This document shows, piece by piece, positions 1-9,467 of a stretch of DNA of 35,137 nt (positions are counted from its first letter, which is position 1; each line of letters begins with the position of its first letter). The DNA is from Candidatus Micrarchaeota archaeon (lineage in GTDB: Archaea; B1Sed10-29; JAJRYS01): contig CAZBZN010000004.1 in assembly GCA_964496415.1 (NCBI GenBank), positions 1 through 35,137 of the forward strand, written 5' to 3'. Position numbers and translations under genes: made by a program. The notes beneath the pieces are model-generated. The model did not search any database. It was given only the letters and a program-made list of their open reading frames with translations, and was not told the DNA's origin.

Positions 1-2
1 AA

Positions 3-212
3 ATAATTGGAAACAAAGCTTATGATTACATTAAAGAGCTTCTTGAAAAAGGCTTGATAAAAGCAAAAAAACAAGGAAACACAAAGATCTTATCAACAAC
101 CTCAAAATTCGAATCTTATTTCGGAAAACAAGTTGATGAAATAAAAAAGATGACTGCAAAAGCGTACCAGTCAACCTTAAGTTTTCAACTTTCAAAAGAA
201 GAGTCAAAATAA
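3..212 (+). CDS. scpB: SMC-Scp complex subunit ScpB, C-terminal part (5' truncated by window edge)
   Basis: Manual translation of frame 3: IIGNKAYDYIKELLEKGLIKAKKQGNTKILSTTSKFESYFG...; matches the second wHTH of archaeal ScpB; TAA at 210-212. Confidence 0.8.
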   Translation: MIGNKAYDYIKELLEKGLIKAKKQGNTKILSTTSKFESYFGKQVDEIKKMTAKAYQSTLSFQLSKEESK

Positions 213-1363
213 TTCATTAAAGCTTCTTGCACTTCCTTAAATTCTTTTTTATCCTCACTTATCAAGTTTTCTAAAAACTCTTGTTTTTCCCTAATCCTTT
301 TATTTATTCTTTGCTTGCTAACCCCGCTTAATGCTGAAAGCTCATCAATCTTCTGGCAAGGAACACCTGTTCTTTCAAGCAAGTCAGTCTTTGCATTATA
401 AACAAACAACTCACCGAAAGAAACCCCTACCTCTGACTTCTGCACTTCAACAATAGCACCAATCCTTCTCTTAAGACCTTCAGGGCTCCTGATCTTCTTA
501 CATAAAATAATCAAATCAACCAAGCTAAGCATGTTCTTCGGAACATTCATCGGAGGATTAGTCAGTCTTGACACACACTCGCTTGGAGAATTAGCATGAA
601 GAGTTCCCATCGCAGAATGCCCTACATTCATTGCATTAAACAAAGTCTCTGCTTCAGGACCCCTGACCTCTCCAACTATTATCCTATCAGGCCTCATACG
701 CAAAGCATTAATCAATAAGTCATTCATGGTTATTGGCTTCTTATGCTCTACACCAGCCCTGCTCTCCATACGAACAACGTTTTTCCTGTCAAAGAAATTA
801 AGTTCAAGAGTATCTTCAATCACAATAATCCTCTCATCAACTGGAATAAAAGAAGTCAAAACATTAAGAGTAGTGGTCTTTCCAGCACCAGCACCGCCAA
901 TAATAAGCAAATTCATTGGGTAATTCCTTTCCCCTTCAATAAGCTCCCATAAAAAAGCAGCAGCCTCTGAAGAAAGAGTATTGTTTAATATCAAGTCAAC
1001 TATGGACAAAGGATTTTCCCTGAACTTCCTAATGGTTATCGTAGGGCCGTTAGGAGTTGCTGGAGGAATCGTGGCATTAAGCCTTGAACCATCAGGAAGC
1101 CTTGCATCCAAAAAAGGCTTTTCCTCACTAATAATATCATCAGCTTCCATTGCTACTTTGTTAATCCACTCAATTATCTCATTATTAGACAAAACCAAAT
1201 TAGTCTCACACATCCCATGCTCACGGTGATAAACAAAAACAGGCTCATCAGGACCATTAACCATTATCTCCTCAAGCGCGTTGTCTCTTATCAACTCATC
1301 CAAAGAAGGATTACTCAACTCATAATAAGTAAGACCCTTCCTTTTAGAAATCTTAGCACCCAT
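185..1363 (-). CDS. CpaF/TadA/VirB11-family secretion/pilus ATPase
   Basis: EEIMVNG, DARLPDGSRLNA, TIRKF, Walker A GGAGAGKTT, IEDTLEL, Walker B RMRPDRIIVGEVRG, His box GTLHAN. Confidence 0.93.
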   Translation of the reverse strand: MGAKISKRKGLTYYELSNPSLDELIRDNALEEIMVNGPDEPVFVYHREHGMCETNLVLSNNEIIEWINKVAMEADDIISEEKPFLDARLPDGSRLNATIPPATPNGPTITIRKFRENPLSIVDLILNNTLSSEAAAFLWELIEGERNYPMNLLIIGGAGAGKTTTLNVLTSFIPVDERIIVIEDTLELNFFDRKNVVRMESRAGVEHKKPITMNDLLINALRMRPDRIIVGEVRGPEAETLFNAMNVGHSAMGTLHANSPSECVSRLTNPPMNVPKNMLSLVDLIILCKKIRSPEGLKRRIGAIVEVQKSEVGVSFGELFVYNAKTDLLERTGVPCQKIDELSALSGVSKQRINKRIREKQEFLENLISEDKKEFKEVQEALMNYFDSSFES

Positions 1364-1408
1364 GCAGTTATTCAGGAAAAAAACCTTTAAAAAAGTTCTA
1401 CTAAGAGA

Positions 1409-1675
1409 CTAAAATAATTTTGAGAAATCATCATAAACTTTCTTCCTATGCCCAATGAACAAGACAATAACTTTCTTTTCGTTATCCTTAATCTCATAAA
1501 TGACTCTGTAATCGCCAACTCTTACTCTCCAAAAATTTGAATACTTTAAATGCCTCCCGACTTCTTCTGGAAACTTCTTCAACTGCTGCAGCTTCTTTTT
1601 TATCCTCTCTTGAATACTTGGCTCAAGTTTATTAAGGCTCTCTCTTGCTCTAGGATGGAAAAAAACTTTATACAT
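1409..1675 (-). CDS. relE: Type II toxin, RelE/ParE family
   Basis: 88 aa, basic; WRVRVGDYRVIYEI and VLFIGHRKKVY are RelE signatures. Confidence 0.92.
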   Translation of the reverse strand: MYKVFFHPRARESLNKLEPSIQERIKKKLQQLKKFPEEVGRHLKYSNFWRVRVGDYRVIYEIKDNEKKVIVLFIGHRKKVYDDFSKLF

Positions 1676-1894
1676 TTAAATTTCCTCTAAAGGGACTAGA
1701 GTTTCAGGGTTCTCTTCTGCTTCTTTACTTCTCCTAATAAGCATCTTGTAAAACTCTCTTGTTTTTTCTCTTTCCTCATATAATGTTATTATTGTCTTTA
1801 TAGCGTCACTTCTACTCCTAAACCTCCCCTCTTTAACCCATTTATCCAGTTCTTTTGCTATTTCTTTAGGAACTCTAACTTGCACTTGAACCAT
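1676..1894 (-). CDS. Ribbon-helix-helix (CopG/Arc/MetJ) antitoxin
   Basis: VQVQVRVPKEIAKELDKWVKEGRFRSRSDAIK RHH pattern; C-terminal LVPLEEI; abuts relE. Confidence 0.85.
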   Translation of the reverse strand: MVQVQVRVPKEIAKELDKWVKEGRFRSRSDAIKTIITLYEEREKTREFYKMLIRRSKEAEENPETLVPLEEI

Positions 1895-1905
1895 AGAACA
1901 ACACC

Positions 1906-1923
1906 GTAAACAATAGTGTTTAC
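1906..1923. promoter_or_regulatory. Perfect palindrome GTAAACA-N4-TGTTTAC, probable TA autoregulatory operator
   Basis: Lies between a minus-strand TATA-like CTTATAAA (~1929-1936) and the antitoxin start. Confidence 0.6.
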
Positions 1924-1960
1924 ACTAGTTTATAAGCGTTTCCCTATAAAACTCAATGCA

Positions 1961-2125
1961 GGAGATTGAGTGAATGCGAAATCCCCTTCCCTTTCACTGG
2001 ACTGAGCGACAGCGAAGTCCTGTAAATGCCAGCTTTTTGAAGCCTTAGGGGATTGAGAACCACGTTAGTGGTTCGAACATCCCCTGTCCGTAAACCGCAC
2101 GCGGTTTATGCCAGCTTTTTGAAGC
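1961..2125. repeat. Two degenerate ~82-bp tandem units built from hairpins, each ending in ATGCCAGCTTTTTGAAGC
   Basis: 18-bp exact repeat at 2026-2043 and 2108-2125; shared GGRGATTGAG...CGAA(C)ATCCCCT hairpin. Confidence 0.7.
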
Positions 2126-2129
2126 TGTA

Positions 2130-2204
2130 TGGGCCAGGTGAGATTTGAACTCACGACCTCCCGATTATCAGTCGGGTGCTCCAACCAGACTAAGCTACTG
2201 GCCC
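2130..2204 (-). tRNA. tRNA-Ile(GAT), intronless, CCA not encoded
   Basis: GGGCCAG TA GCTT AGTCTGGTT GGAGC A CCCGA CT GAT AA TCGGG AGGTC GTGAG TTCAAAT CTCAC CTGGCCC A folds as a cloverleaf. Confidence 0.97.
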
Positions 2205-2284
2205 TTAACCAAGTATAAATTTTACTGATTTTCTTATTTAAAAAGAATACGCTAAGCTTTTTATTAAATTACCTCCATAGAAAA

Positions 2285-2689
2285 ATGATGGTGCTAAGAA
2301 GACTAAGAGAAAGATTAAACAGAAGGAAAAAAATTAACACACTAAGAGAAAACTTTGAAAAAATAAGAAACGCTGGGCTGCTTGATGCTTATATAGCTGA
2401 AGTTGAGCAGGCACTTGCAGGAATTACAGATCAAAAAGAAAGGGAAAAAATCATAACTGGAATTCAAGATAAATTCTTATCCCAGGATAGGGGTCTAATT
2501 TATGAAGAAGAATTATATGAGCCTGCTCAGGCAAGTCCAGAAATGAAAGTAAAAAAGAAGTTGGGAATAAAATTCTATGGAAAACCACCTCGTTTTGCAA
2601 AGGAAGGTGAAGAAGTCATTGGCGCTCTTCTCATTTTAGTGATCTTTATAATAATCCTTATTGGTTTTATAATGAGCTTGCTTCATTAA
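2285..2689 (+). CDS. Hypothetical protein with basic N-terminus and C-terminal transmembrane helix
   Basis: 134-aa ORF filling the gap; hydrophobic tail IGALLILVIFIIILIGFIMSLLH. Confidence 0.65.
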   Translation: MMVLRRLRERLNRRKKINTLRENFEKIRNAGLLDAYIAEVEQALAGITDQKEREKIITGIQDKFLSQDRGLIYEEELYEPAQASPEMKVKKKLGIKFYGKPPRFAKEGEEVIGALLILVIFIIILIGFIMSLLH

Positions 2690-3759
2690 GCTCCTTTGAA
2701 TATCTTTATTATTTCCTCGTAAGGAGCGTTGGTTTTTATTCCTGTTGGTGAAAAATGAGTTTCTGTTGTCTTGTATCCTTTTTTTGTCAATTCTTCAATT
2801 ACTTTTTTCTTCTTTTTTTGAGTTTTGAAAATTTTTCCTAAAGCAACCAAATCATAGTAAGGAATAAGAATTTCATTTTCGCCTGTGAAAAAGTAATCTT
2901 TTACTCCTAACTCACCAAGCCATAAGGGCCCTATTTGGATAAACTCCCCACCGCATTCGCATTTTACTGAAAACGTCTCACTTAGAGTCACTGGTTTTCT
3001 TCTCTCACATTTAGGACAATACTCATAGTAACCTATTTTTTTAGTTTCACGGTTCACTGTTTTTCTTCCGCTGAAAACTTCTACAAAAACCCTGTAATAG
3101 TGAAGTTTGTGATATGAAAAATAAGGTTTTATAGCGTAATTTAATTTTGCTGCTTCTTTTGCAACAAAACCTAAAAGTGCTCTTACTCCTGCTTCATGCA
3201 TGAAGCTTGTCTTAACAACCCATGCGCCATACTTCCTCCATCCTGCCTTGGGATAAGCACCTGCCAAAGAACCAATATCAGTAGCAGTAACGCATAGGAG
3301 AGAGTCTCTTGGTTTTACTGCTAATAAAGCATTGAACAAAAACTTTGCAGGCGATCCAAAAGGATCTATGTCAATACAGTCAAAGTTTTCTTTCCTCTGA
3401 GTTACGAGAAACTCGTTAGCTTCCATACAACTTGCTTTTACTTTCACATTATTTAGTGCAGCGTTTTTTTCAACTAACTTAACAGCAGTTGGCTGAATGT
3501 CGTTAGCATAAACATCAAGATCCATATCCAACTCATTAGCATATCTTACTGCTCTTGCACCTAAACCTGAAAACAAGTCAAGCAACTTTATTTTCTCCGC
3601 CTTTTTTTCTTTAAAAAAATCCTGAACTATTTTCAATGATAAAGTCCTATCAAAGCTCATTTTAGGATTATAAAACACTTCACCATGTTCTGGAACATCA
3701 TCATGCAATTCTGGGACAAAGAGCTTTGTCTTTCCTTCAATTACTTGCTTTAAGTTCAT
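2686..3759 (-). CDS. trm1: tRNA (guanine26-N2)-dimethyltransferase Trm1
   Basis: VFYNPKMSFDR, LDLFSGLGARAVRY, DIDPFGSP, VTATD, CxxC...CxC zinc site, GPLWLG, THFSPTGIKTNAP. Confidence 0.95.
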   Translation of the reverse strand: MNLKQVIEGKTKLFVPELHDDVPEHGEVFYNPKMSFDRTLSLKIVQDFFKEKKAEKIKLLDLFSGLGARAVRYANELDMDLDVYANDIQPTAVKLVEKNAALNNVKVKASCMEANEFLVTQRKENFDCIDIDPFGSPAKFLFNALLAVKPRDSLLCVTATDIGSLAGAYPKAGWRKYGAWVVKTSFMHEAGVRALLGFVAKEAAKLNYAIKPYFSYHKLHYYRVFVEVFSGRKTVNRETKKIGYYEYCPKCERRKPVTLSETFSVKCECGGEFIQIGPLWLGELGVKDYFFTGENEILIPYYDLVALGKIFKTQKKKKKVIEELTKKGYKTTETHFSPTGIKTNAPYEEIIKIFKGA

Positions 3760-3796
3760 GAATATGTTTTAAATAATCCTTGTTTTTAATAGTTGC

Positions 3797-4453
3797 ATGC
3801 TTGTTTTAGGAATCGATGAAGCTGGAAGAGGGCCTGTAATAGGCCCAATGGTCATTGCAGGAGTATTACTGGAAAAAAAAGCTGAAAAAGAACTGAAAAA
3901 TGCTGGAGTTAAAGATTCAAAACTGCTTAGTAAAAAACGTAGAAAAGAACTTGAAAAAATAATAAAAGAGAAAGCAACAGAAGTAAAAACAATAATAATC
4001 CCTGCTAAAGAAATTGACTCTTTAAGGAAAAAAATGAGCCTTAATGAAATCGAAGCCATGAAAATAGGCAGGCTTATTTCATCTTTTAGTGAAAAACCAG
4101 GGCTTATAATAATTGACTTAGTTGACCCATCTGAGCTTGATTTCTTAAAAAGACTTAAAAAATACGTTACTTTCCCTTGTAGGATAAAAGCAGAACATAA
4201 AGCTGACTTGAAAAACATAAGCGTTGCAGCAGCATCAATAATAGCCAAAGTCAAAAGAGACGAGTTAATTGAAAAACTATCAAAAAAACACGGGGAGTTT
4301 GGAAGTGGTTACCCAGCTGATGAAAAAACAATAAACTTCCTGAAAAAAAACCGTGGTAAAGAAATGGATTTCGTAAGATACAGCTGGGCTACTGCGAGAA
4401 AAATCTTAGGAAAAAAGAAAAACCAAAAACAAAAAAAGTTATATGAATGGTAG
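3797..4453 (+). CDS. rnhB: Ribonuclease HII
   Basis: GIDEAGRGPVIGPMV, VKDSK, HKAD, VAAASIIAKVKRD, GSGYPAD, RYSW. Confidence 0.97.
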   Translation: MLVLGIDEAGRGPVIGPMVIAGVLLEKKAEKELKNAGVKDSKLLSKKRRKELEKIIKEKATEVKTIIIPAKEIDSLRKKMSLNEIEAMKIGRLISSFSEKPGLIIIDLVDPSELDFLKRLKKYVTFPCRIKAEHKADLKNISVAAASIIAKVKRDELIEKLSKKHGEFGSGYPADEKTINFLKKNRGKEMDFVRYSWATARKILGKKKNQKQKKLYEW

Positions 4454-4828
4454 TTCTTCTGGCTTTTGTTCCTTTTCTGGTTTTACTTTAAAAGCATACT
4501 CAATAAACCTGTCAAGCACGTCAGCTATTATTGTCTTTCCATCTTCATCTTCATAAAACAAACACTTAATTACTGTTTTTCCAGTAGTAGCTTCAAAATT
4601 AGCTAACGCGTCAAGAAAAGCTTGATTTTTTTCTCTTTCACTTCTTATCATTTCAACTATCAAAGCAAGCTCGTCAACTTCACTAAAATTATTCAACAAA
4701 GCTAATGCATCAAATAAGTCCATTGCCTTTTTCTTTTTACATACTATTCCTTCAACTTTTTCAAACAAGTACTCTTCAAAAAAATCAGCTAAGCCAGCGT
4801 TTCCTACTTCAACAACACCTATTATCAT
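4439..4828 (-). CDS. Hypothetical protein, possibly a divergent archaeal riboflavin synthase/lumazine-synthase-fold homolog
   Basis: MIIGVVE start, TTGKTVIKCLFYEDED and FKVKPE echo archaeal RibC (MKIGIAD...TNKHIIEVFVHEDEA...LFKPE, recalled from memory); other conserved motifs absent. Confidence 0.45.
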   Translation of the reverse strand: MIIGVVEVGNAGLADFFEEYLFEKVEGIVCKKKKAMDLFDALALLNNFSEVDELALIVEMIRSEREKNQAFLDALANFEATTGKTVIKCLFYEDEDGKTIIADVLDRFIEYAFKVKPEKEQKPEELPFI

Positions 4829-4839
4829 GGTTAAAACAA

Positions 4840-4876
4840 CTCAAAAATAATTTAAAAAAGTAAAGGAAAAGGGTTT
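4840..4876 (-). terminator. T-rich terminator-like tract after the thermosome gene
   Basis: Minus strand after the stop reads AAACCCTTTTCCTTTACTTTTTT. Confidence 0.4.
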
Positions 4877-6520
4877 TTACATTTCACCCATTCCTTCCAT
4901 TCCAGGAGCTCCTGGTCCTCCTGACTGAGAAGTCTTTGGCTTTGAAGCAGCTATTATGTCATCAATCTTTAAAATCATTTCAGCTGCTTCTGCTGCTGAA
5001 GCAAGTGCTTGTCTCTTCACTTTTGCTGGTTCTATAATATCATCCTTTAGTAAGTCTTCTACTTTTGCGTTTGTCACGTTCACTCCTATTGTCTTGTTTC
5101 CATTAGCGTGTTCTGTCCTAAGCCTTACTAAAGTGTCTATTGGATCCATTCCAGCTGACTCTGCTAAAGTCCTTGGAATAATCTCTAAAGCATCTGCAAA
5201 AGCTTCTATTGCAAGTTGTTCTCTTCCACCAACCTGAGTAGCGTAATCCCTAAGCTTTACTGCAAGCTCTGTTTCAATAGCTCCACCACCTACTACTATT
5301 TTTCCCATTTCTATTGCTGAAACCACTGCACCAATACCGTCTTCCACTGCTCTTTCAGCCTCATTCACAACATGCTCTGTTCCTCCGCGAATGAGAATAG
5401 TCACTGCCTTAGGATCTTCACAGCCTTCTACAAAAGTCATTGCTTCTCCTGAAACTTTTCTCTCTTCAACTAACTGTGCGTGACCCAAGTCTTTTTCGCT
5501 TAACTCTTTCAAATTAGTTATTATTGTTGCTCCTGTTGCTCTTGCAAGCTTTTCCATGTCTGACTTCTTAACTCTCCTCACAGCAAAAATCCCTGCTTTT
5601 GCAAGGAAATGCTGTGCCATGTCATCTATTCCTTTCTGGCAGAACACTACATTAGCTCCTGAAGCTTTTATCCTGTCAACCATCTCCCTGAGCATTTTTT
5701 CTTCTTGCTCAAGAAAAGCTTCTAACTGTTCAGGAGAGGTTATCCTAATCTCTGCATCAGTTTCTGTTTCTTTTATCTCTAAAGCAGAGTCAATCAAAGC
5801 AATCTTAGCGTCTTCAACTCTTCTTGGCATTCCAGCATGCACTCTCTCCTTGTCAATCACTATTCCTCTGATAAGCTTTGAATCGTCAACCTCACCACCT
5901 TCTTTCTTCTCAACTTTGATGTAATCCTTGTTTATCACTATGCTTCCGTTGTTGTTTTCTGCGACTTGCCTTACAGCATCAACTATTATCTCTGAAAGCT
6001 TATCTTTGTACTTTCCAACAGCTCCTTTTGAACTCATAGTAGTAATACAAACCTTCACCAGCTTATCCTTATCTTCTATGCTTATAGGCTCTGCTGCTTG
6101 CTCAAGAATTTCTATTGCTTTTTCTTCAGCCATTTTAAACCCGCGAATTATCACTGAAGGATGAATCTCCTGTTCCAAAAGTTCTTCAGCTTTCTTTAAC
6201 AACTCTCCTGCTATGACAACTGCTGTTGTTGTTCCGTCTCCTGTTTCACTGTCCTGAGTCTTTGCTACTTCAACAAGCATTTTTCCTGCCGGGTGCTCTA
6301 TGTTCATTTCCTTCAAGATAGTTGCTCCGTCATTGGTTATGGTAATGTCACCCAACTCATCAACAAGCATTTTATCCATTCCTTTAGGGCCTAAAGTGCT
6401 TCTTACTGCATTGGCTACTGCTTTAGCAACCATTATGTTAATCCTTTGAGCGTCTCTTCCCAAGATTCTTGTTGACCCTTCAGGAAGCACCACTATTGGT
6501 TGGCCTGACAACTGAGTCAT
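4877..6520 (-). CDS. thsA: Thermosome (group II chaperonin) subunit
   Basis: [36 protein letters not shown]-terminal GMEGMGEM; start moved to ATG 6520, which follows the SD GGAGGG; alpha/beta subunit not distinguishable. Confidence 0.97.
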   Translation of the reverse strand: MTQLSGQPIVVLPEGSTRILGRDAQRINIMVAKAVANAVRSTLGPKGMDKMLVDELGDITITNDGATILKEMNIEHPAGKMLVEVAKTQDSETGDGTTTAVVIAGELLKKAEELLEQEIHPSVIIRGFKMAEEKAIEILEQAAEPISIEDKDKLVKVCITTMSSKGAVGKYKDKLSEIIVDAVRQVAENNNGSIVINKDYIKVEKKEGGEVDDSKLIRGIVIDKERVHAGMPRRVEDAKIALIDSALEIKETETDAEIRITSPEQLEAFLEQEEKMLREMVDRIKASGANVVFCQKGIDDMAQHFLAKAGIFAVRRVKKSDMEKLARATGATIITNLKELSEKDLGHAQLVEERKVSGEAMTFVEGCEDPKAVTILIRGGTEHVVNEAERAVEDGIGAVVSAIEMGKIVVGGGAIETELAVKLRDYATQVGGREQLAIEAFADALEIIPRTLAESAGMDPIDTLVRLRTEHANGNKTIGVNVTNAKVEDLLKDDIIEPAKVKRQALASAAEAAEMILKIDDIIAASKPKTSQSGGPGAPGMEGMGEM

Positions 6521-6644
6521 TCGCAATCCCTCCTTTTAAAAATTTAAAAACAAGTCAACATGAAGAACACATTAATAAATATAGTATTTAATATTAAGTC
6601 ATGAAAGGGGTATAAATAAGTTTTGTAAGCTGAAAGACTAATCC

Positions 6645-9461
6645 TTAAAGTTTTTCAACAATAATTCTTACTTTTTGACCTTTTATCAACCATTCTCTTT
6701 CATTTCCCTGAATCTCAGTGTCAAGAATTTGCTCTGCATTTACTGCTTTCATCACTTCATCATAATAAACATCCTGTCTTGGGATTATACTCACTCTCAC
6801 CTTATCCTTTTCGACCAAGCCCATTTCTTTTCTCATCTGCTGAATTCTCCTAATAAGCTCTCTCGTAAGCCCTTCTTTTAACAACTCATCATCAAGCCTC
6901 GTGTCAAGGAACACTTTGATTTCTCCAGCTTCTGCTTTTTCAAAACCCTCAGGCTCTTCTCTTGAAAAGGTTACTTTTTTCACATTAGCTTGTCTTGCTA
7001 TCACATCCTTTAAATCTTCAAAAGGCTCTTCAGTTACTATGACAAGTTCTCTTAAAGGCTGTCTTAAGTTTATCTTTACACTGTTCCTGACACTAGCAGC
7101 TGCTTCGACTACTCTCATTGCTTTATCCATTCTCTTCTCAAGTTCTTCATCAATCAAGCTCTCATCTGGCTCAGGCCAATCCTCCAAGTGAATGCTTTCT
7201 TTTTCCTTGAACAAGTCAAGATAAATGAACTCAGTCAAGTGAGGAGCTACTGGAGCATACAATCTTATGATTCCTTCAAGTACTTTCCTCATCGTGCCAA
7301 TAGCAGCGTTCTTATCCTCGCCTTCATAAGAAGCCTTAACCCTTGGCCTGACCAGCTTAACATAAGTCTTACTAAAATCATTAATCATGAAATCCTCAAC
7401 TGCCTGCACTGCCTTATAATGCCTGAGATTCTCAACTTCCCTGTCAACTGTCTTTATCAACTTGTTCAACTTGGACAAGATCCACTTATCTTCAACCAAC
7501 AAGTCCCGAGAAACCACATTAGAACCACAATAAGTCTTCACAAAGGAATACAAGTTAAACAAAACACCTAACTTATTATTTCCTTCTTTTATTTGATCCC
7601 AACTGAAATTAAAGTCAAGAGAAGTATCCATTCCTAAAAAGTACTCACGCACCACGTCCCTACTGTATTTTTCACATAATTCTCTTGGCGAGACTCCTCC
7701 CTTTGACTTTGAAAGCTTTGACTTGCCATGCTCTTCTAACACAAAACCATGCACCACGACCTGCTCAAAAGGCCTTCTGTCAAAAGTTATGACTCCTGCA
7801 ATCATCTGAGAGTTATACCATCCTCTAAACTGATCAATACCTTCTATTATGAGCTTAGCAGGCCATAATTCCTCAAACAACTTCTTTTCTTTAGGATACT
7901 TCAACGAAGCCCATGAAGCTACTCCTGAGTCAAACCAAACGTCAAGAACGTCTGGTATTCTTTTCATCTGCTTCCCGCACTTCGGGCATTCAAAAACTAT
8001 CCTATCAATGTACGGCTTGTGAAGATCCTCTGGTTTTTCAGGAAGCTCATCAACAGAACCAACTACTCTAACTTCACCACACTCACACACCCATATTGGC
8101 AATGGAATGCCCCAATACCTTTGTCTTGAAATAGGCCAGTCATCTAATGACTCAAGCCAGTTCTGGAACCTTTTACCAGCCCATTCAGGACTCCACTTAA
8201 CCTTTTTGTTTTCTTCTATGAGCTTGTCTCTTATTGATGTTACTCTGAAAAACCACTGAGGTACTGAAATGAAAAGAAGAGGTGACTCGCATCTCCAGCA
8301 AGTAGGATACTCATGCCCAATCTGCTCAGTAGCCACGAGCAGGCCTTTTTCCTCAAAGTCTTTGATTATTTCAGCGTCACAGTCTTTCACAAACCTTCCA
8401 ACATACTTCCCAACACCTTCAGTGAACCTGCCTGACATGTCCACTGGTGAAAGTACTGCTAAGCCGTTTTCCTTACCCACCTTGTAGTCTTCAAGACCAT
8501 GTCCAGGAGCAGTATGCACGAGGCCTGTTCCTTTTTCAAGAGTAACAAACTGGTCTGACATAACTACCTTGTGCTTTACTCCTTTCTGCACTTCCCACTC
8601 GTCAGCAAAAGGATGCTCGTACTCAAGGCCTTCAAGTTCTTTTCCTTTGAATATGTCAATCACTTCATACTGCCTACCTGTAATCTGCTCGAACTTGTCT
8701 TTTAACTCATAAGCTATTATCAAAACTTCTCCTGTTTCTTTATCCTTGAGCTTGGCATAATCAAATTCAGGATGAGCCATTATGCCAGTGTTTGCTGGAA
8801 GGGTCCAAGGAGTAGTAGTCCAAATCACCAAGTACTCTTTCTCTTTTCCTTTCACAGGAAACTTCACATAGATAGAAGTATCCACCAACGGCTTGTACTC
8901 TATCTCGTTGTAAGCCACTACTGTCTCACAATGAGGGCATACCGTGACTGGGTAAATGTCCTTGAAAAGAAGGCCTTTCTCATAAGCTTTTTTGAAAGTA
9001 AACCAAGCTGACTCCATGTAATCATTATCCAACGTCAAGTAAGGATTATCCCAATCCATCCACACTCCTAAGTCTTCAAAGTCTCTGCTCATCACATCAA
9101 TATACTTTGTTGCAAACTCACGGCACTTCTTGATGAACTCCTCAACACCTATCTTCTTCTCTATGTCTGACTTTTCTTTTACTCCTAATTCTCTTTCTAC
9201 TTTTAGTTCTATTGGCATGCCATGGCAATCATATCCTGGCTGTGCCCTCACATCAAAGCCTTTCATCCTATAGTAGCGCAAGTAAAAGTCTTTGATTATC
9301 TTATTAAGAGCAGTCCCAACATGAATATGCCCACTAGCGTAAGGAGGCCCGTCCAAGAAATAATACTTTGGCTTTCCCTGTCTTGCCTTTAATACTTTTT
9401 CCTCTATGTTGTTCTTCTGCCAGTATTCTTTTACCTTCTCATCAATTTCTTTTAACTTCAT
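6645..9461 (-). CDS. ileS: Isoleucine--tRNA ligase
   Basis: FLDGPPYASGHIHVGT, GYDCHGMPIE, IWTTTPWTLPAN, GTGLVHTAPGHG, DWPISRQRYWG, EGIDQFRGW, KLSKS; ATG 7 nt after the valS stop (GTG 9467 alternative). Confidence 0.97.
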   Translation of the reverse strand: MKLKEIDEKVKEYWQKNNIEEKVLKARQGKPKYYFLDGPPYASGHIHVGTALNKIIKDFYLRYYRMKGFDVRAQPGYDCHGMPIELKVERELGVKEKSDIEKKIGVEEFIKKCREFATKYIDVMSRDFEDLGVWMDWDNPYLTLDNDYMESAWFTFKKAYEKGLLFKDIYPVTVCPHCETVVAYNEIEYKPLVDTSIYVKFPVKGKEKEYLVIWTTTPWTLPANTGIMAHPEFDYAKLKDKETGEVLIIAYELKDKFEQITGRQYEVIDIFKGKELEGLEYEHPFADEWEVQKGVKHKVVMSDQFVTLEKGTGLVHTAPGHGLEDYKVGKENGLAVLSPVDMSGRFTEGVGKYVGRFVKDCDAEIIKDFEEKGLLVATEQIGHEYPTCWRCESPLLFISVPQWFFRVTSIRDKLIEENKKVKWSPEWAGKRFQNWLESLDDWPISRQRYWGIPLPIWVCECGEVRVVGSVDELPEKPEDLHKPYIDRIVFECPKCGKQMKRIPDVLDVWFDSGVASWASLKYPKEKKLFEELWPAKLIIEGIDQFRGWYNSQMIAGVITFDRRPFEQVVVHGFVLEEHGKSKLSKSKGGVSPRELCEKYSRDVVREYFLGMDTSLDFNFSWDQIKEGNNKLGVLFNLYSFVKTYCGSNVVSRDLLVEDKWILSKLNKLIKTVDREVENLRHYKAVQAVEDFMINDFSKTYVKLVRPRVKASYEGEDKNAAIGTMRKVLEGIIRLYAPVAPHLTEFIYLDLFKEKESIHLEDWPEPDESLIDEELEKRMDKAMRVVEAAASVRNSVKINLRQPLRELVIVTEEPFEDLKDVIARQANVKKVTFSREEPEGFEKAEAGEIKVFLDTRLDDELLKEGLTRELIRRIQQMRKEMGLVEKDKVRVSIIPRQDVYYDEVMKAVNAEQILDTEIQGNEREWLIKGQKVRIIVEKL

Positions 9462-9467
9462 CAACAC

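Noticed and set aside
1409..2204. Intact integrated element at tRNA-Ile
   Set aside because: No integrase and no duplicated tRNA 3' end seen in the window
2590..2689. Prepilin-like KEG/EEVIGALLIL segment near the CpaF ATPase
   Set aside because: It is at the C-terminus with no pilin body after it; more simply a tail anchor
6527..6644. Heat-shock operator upstream of the thermosome
   Set aside because: Only AT-rich weak symmetry; no recognisable Phr or HSR1 motif
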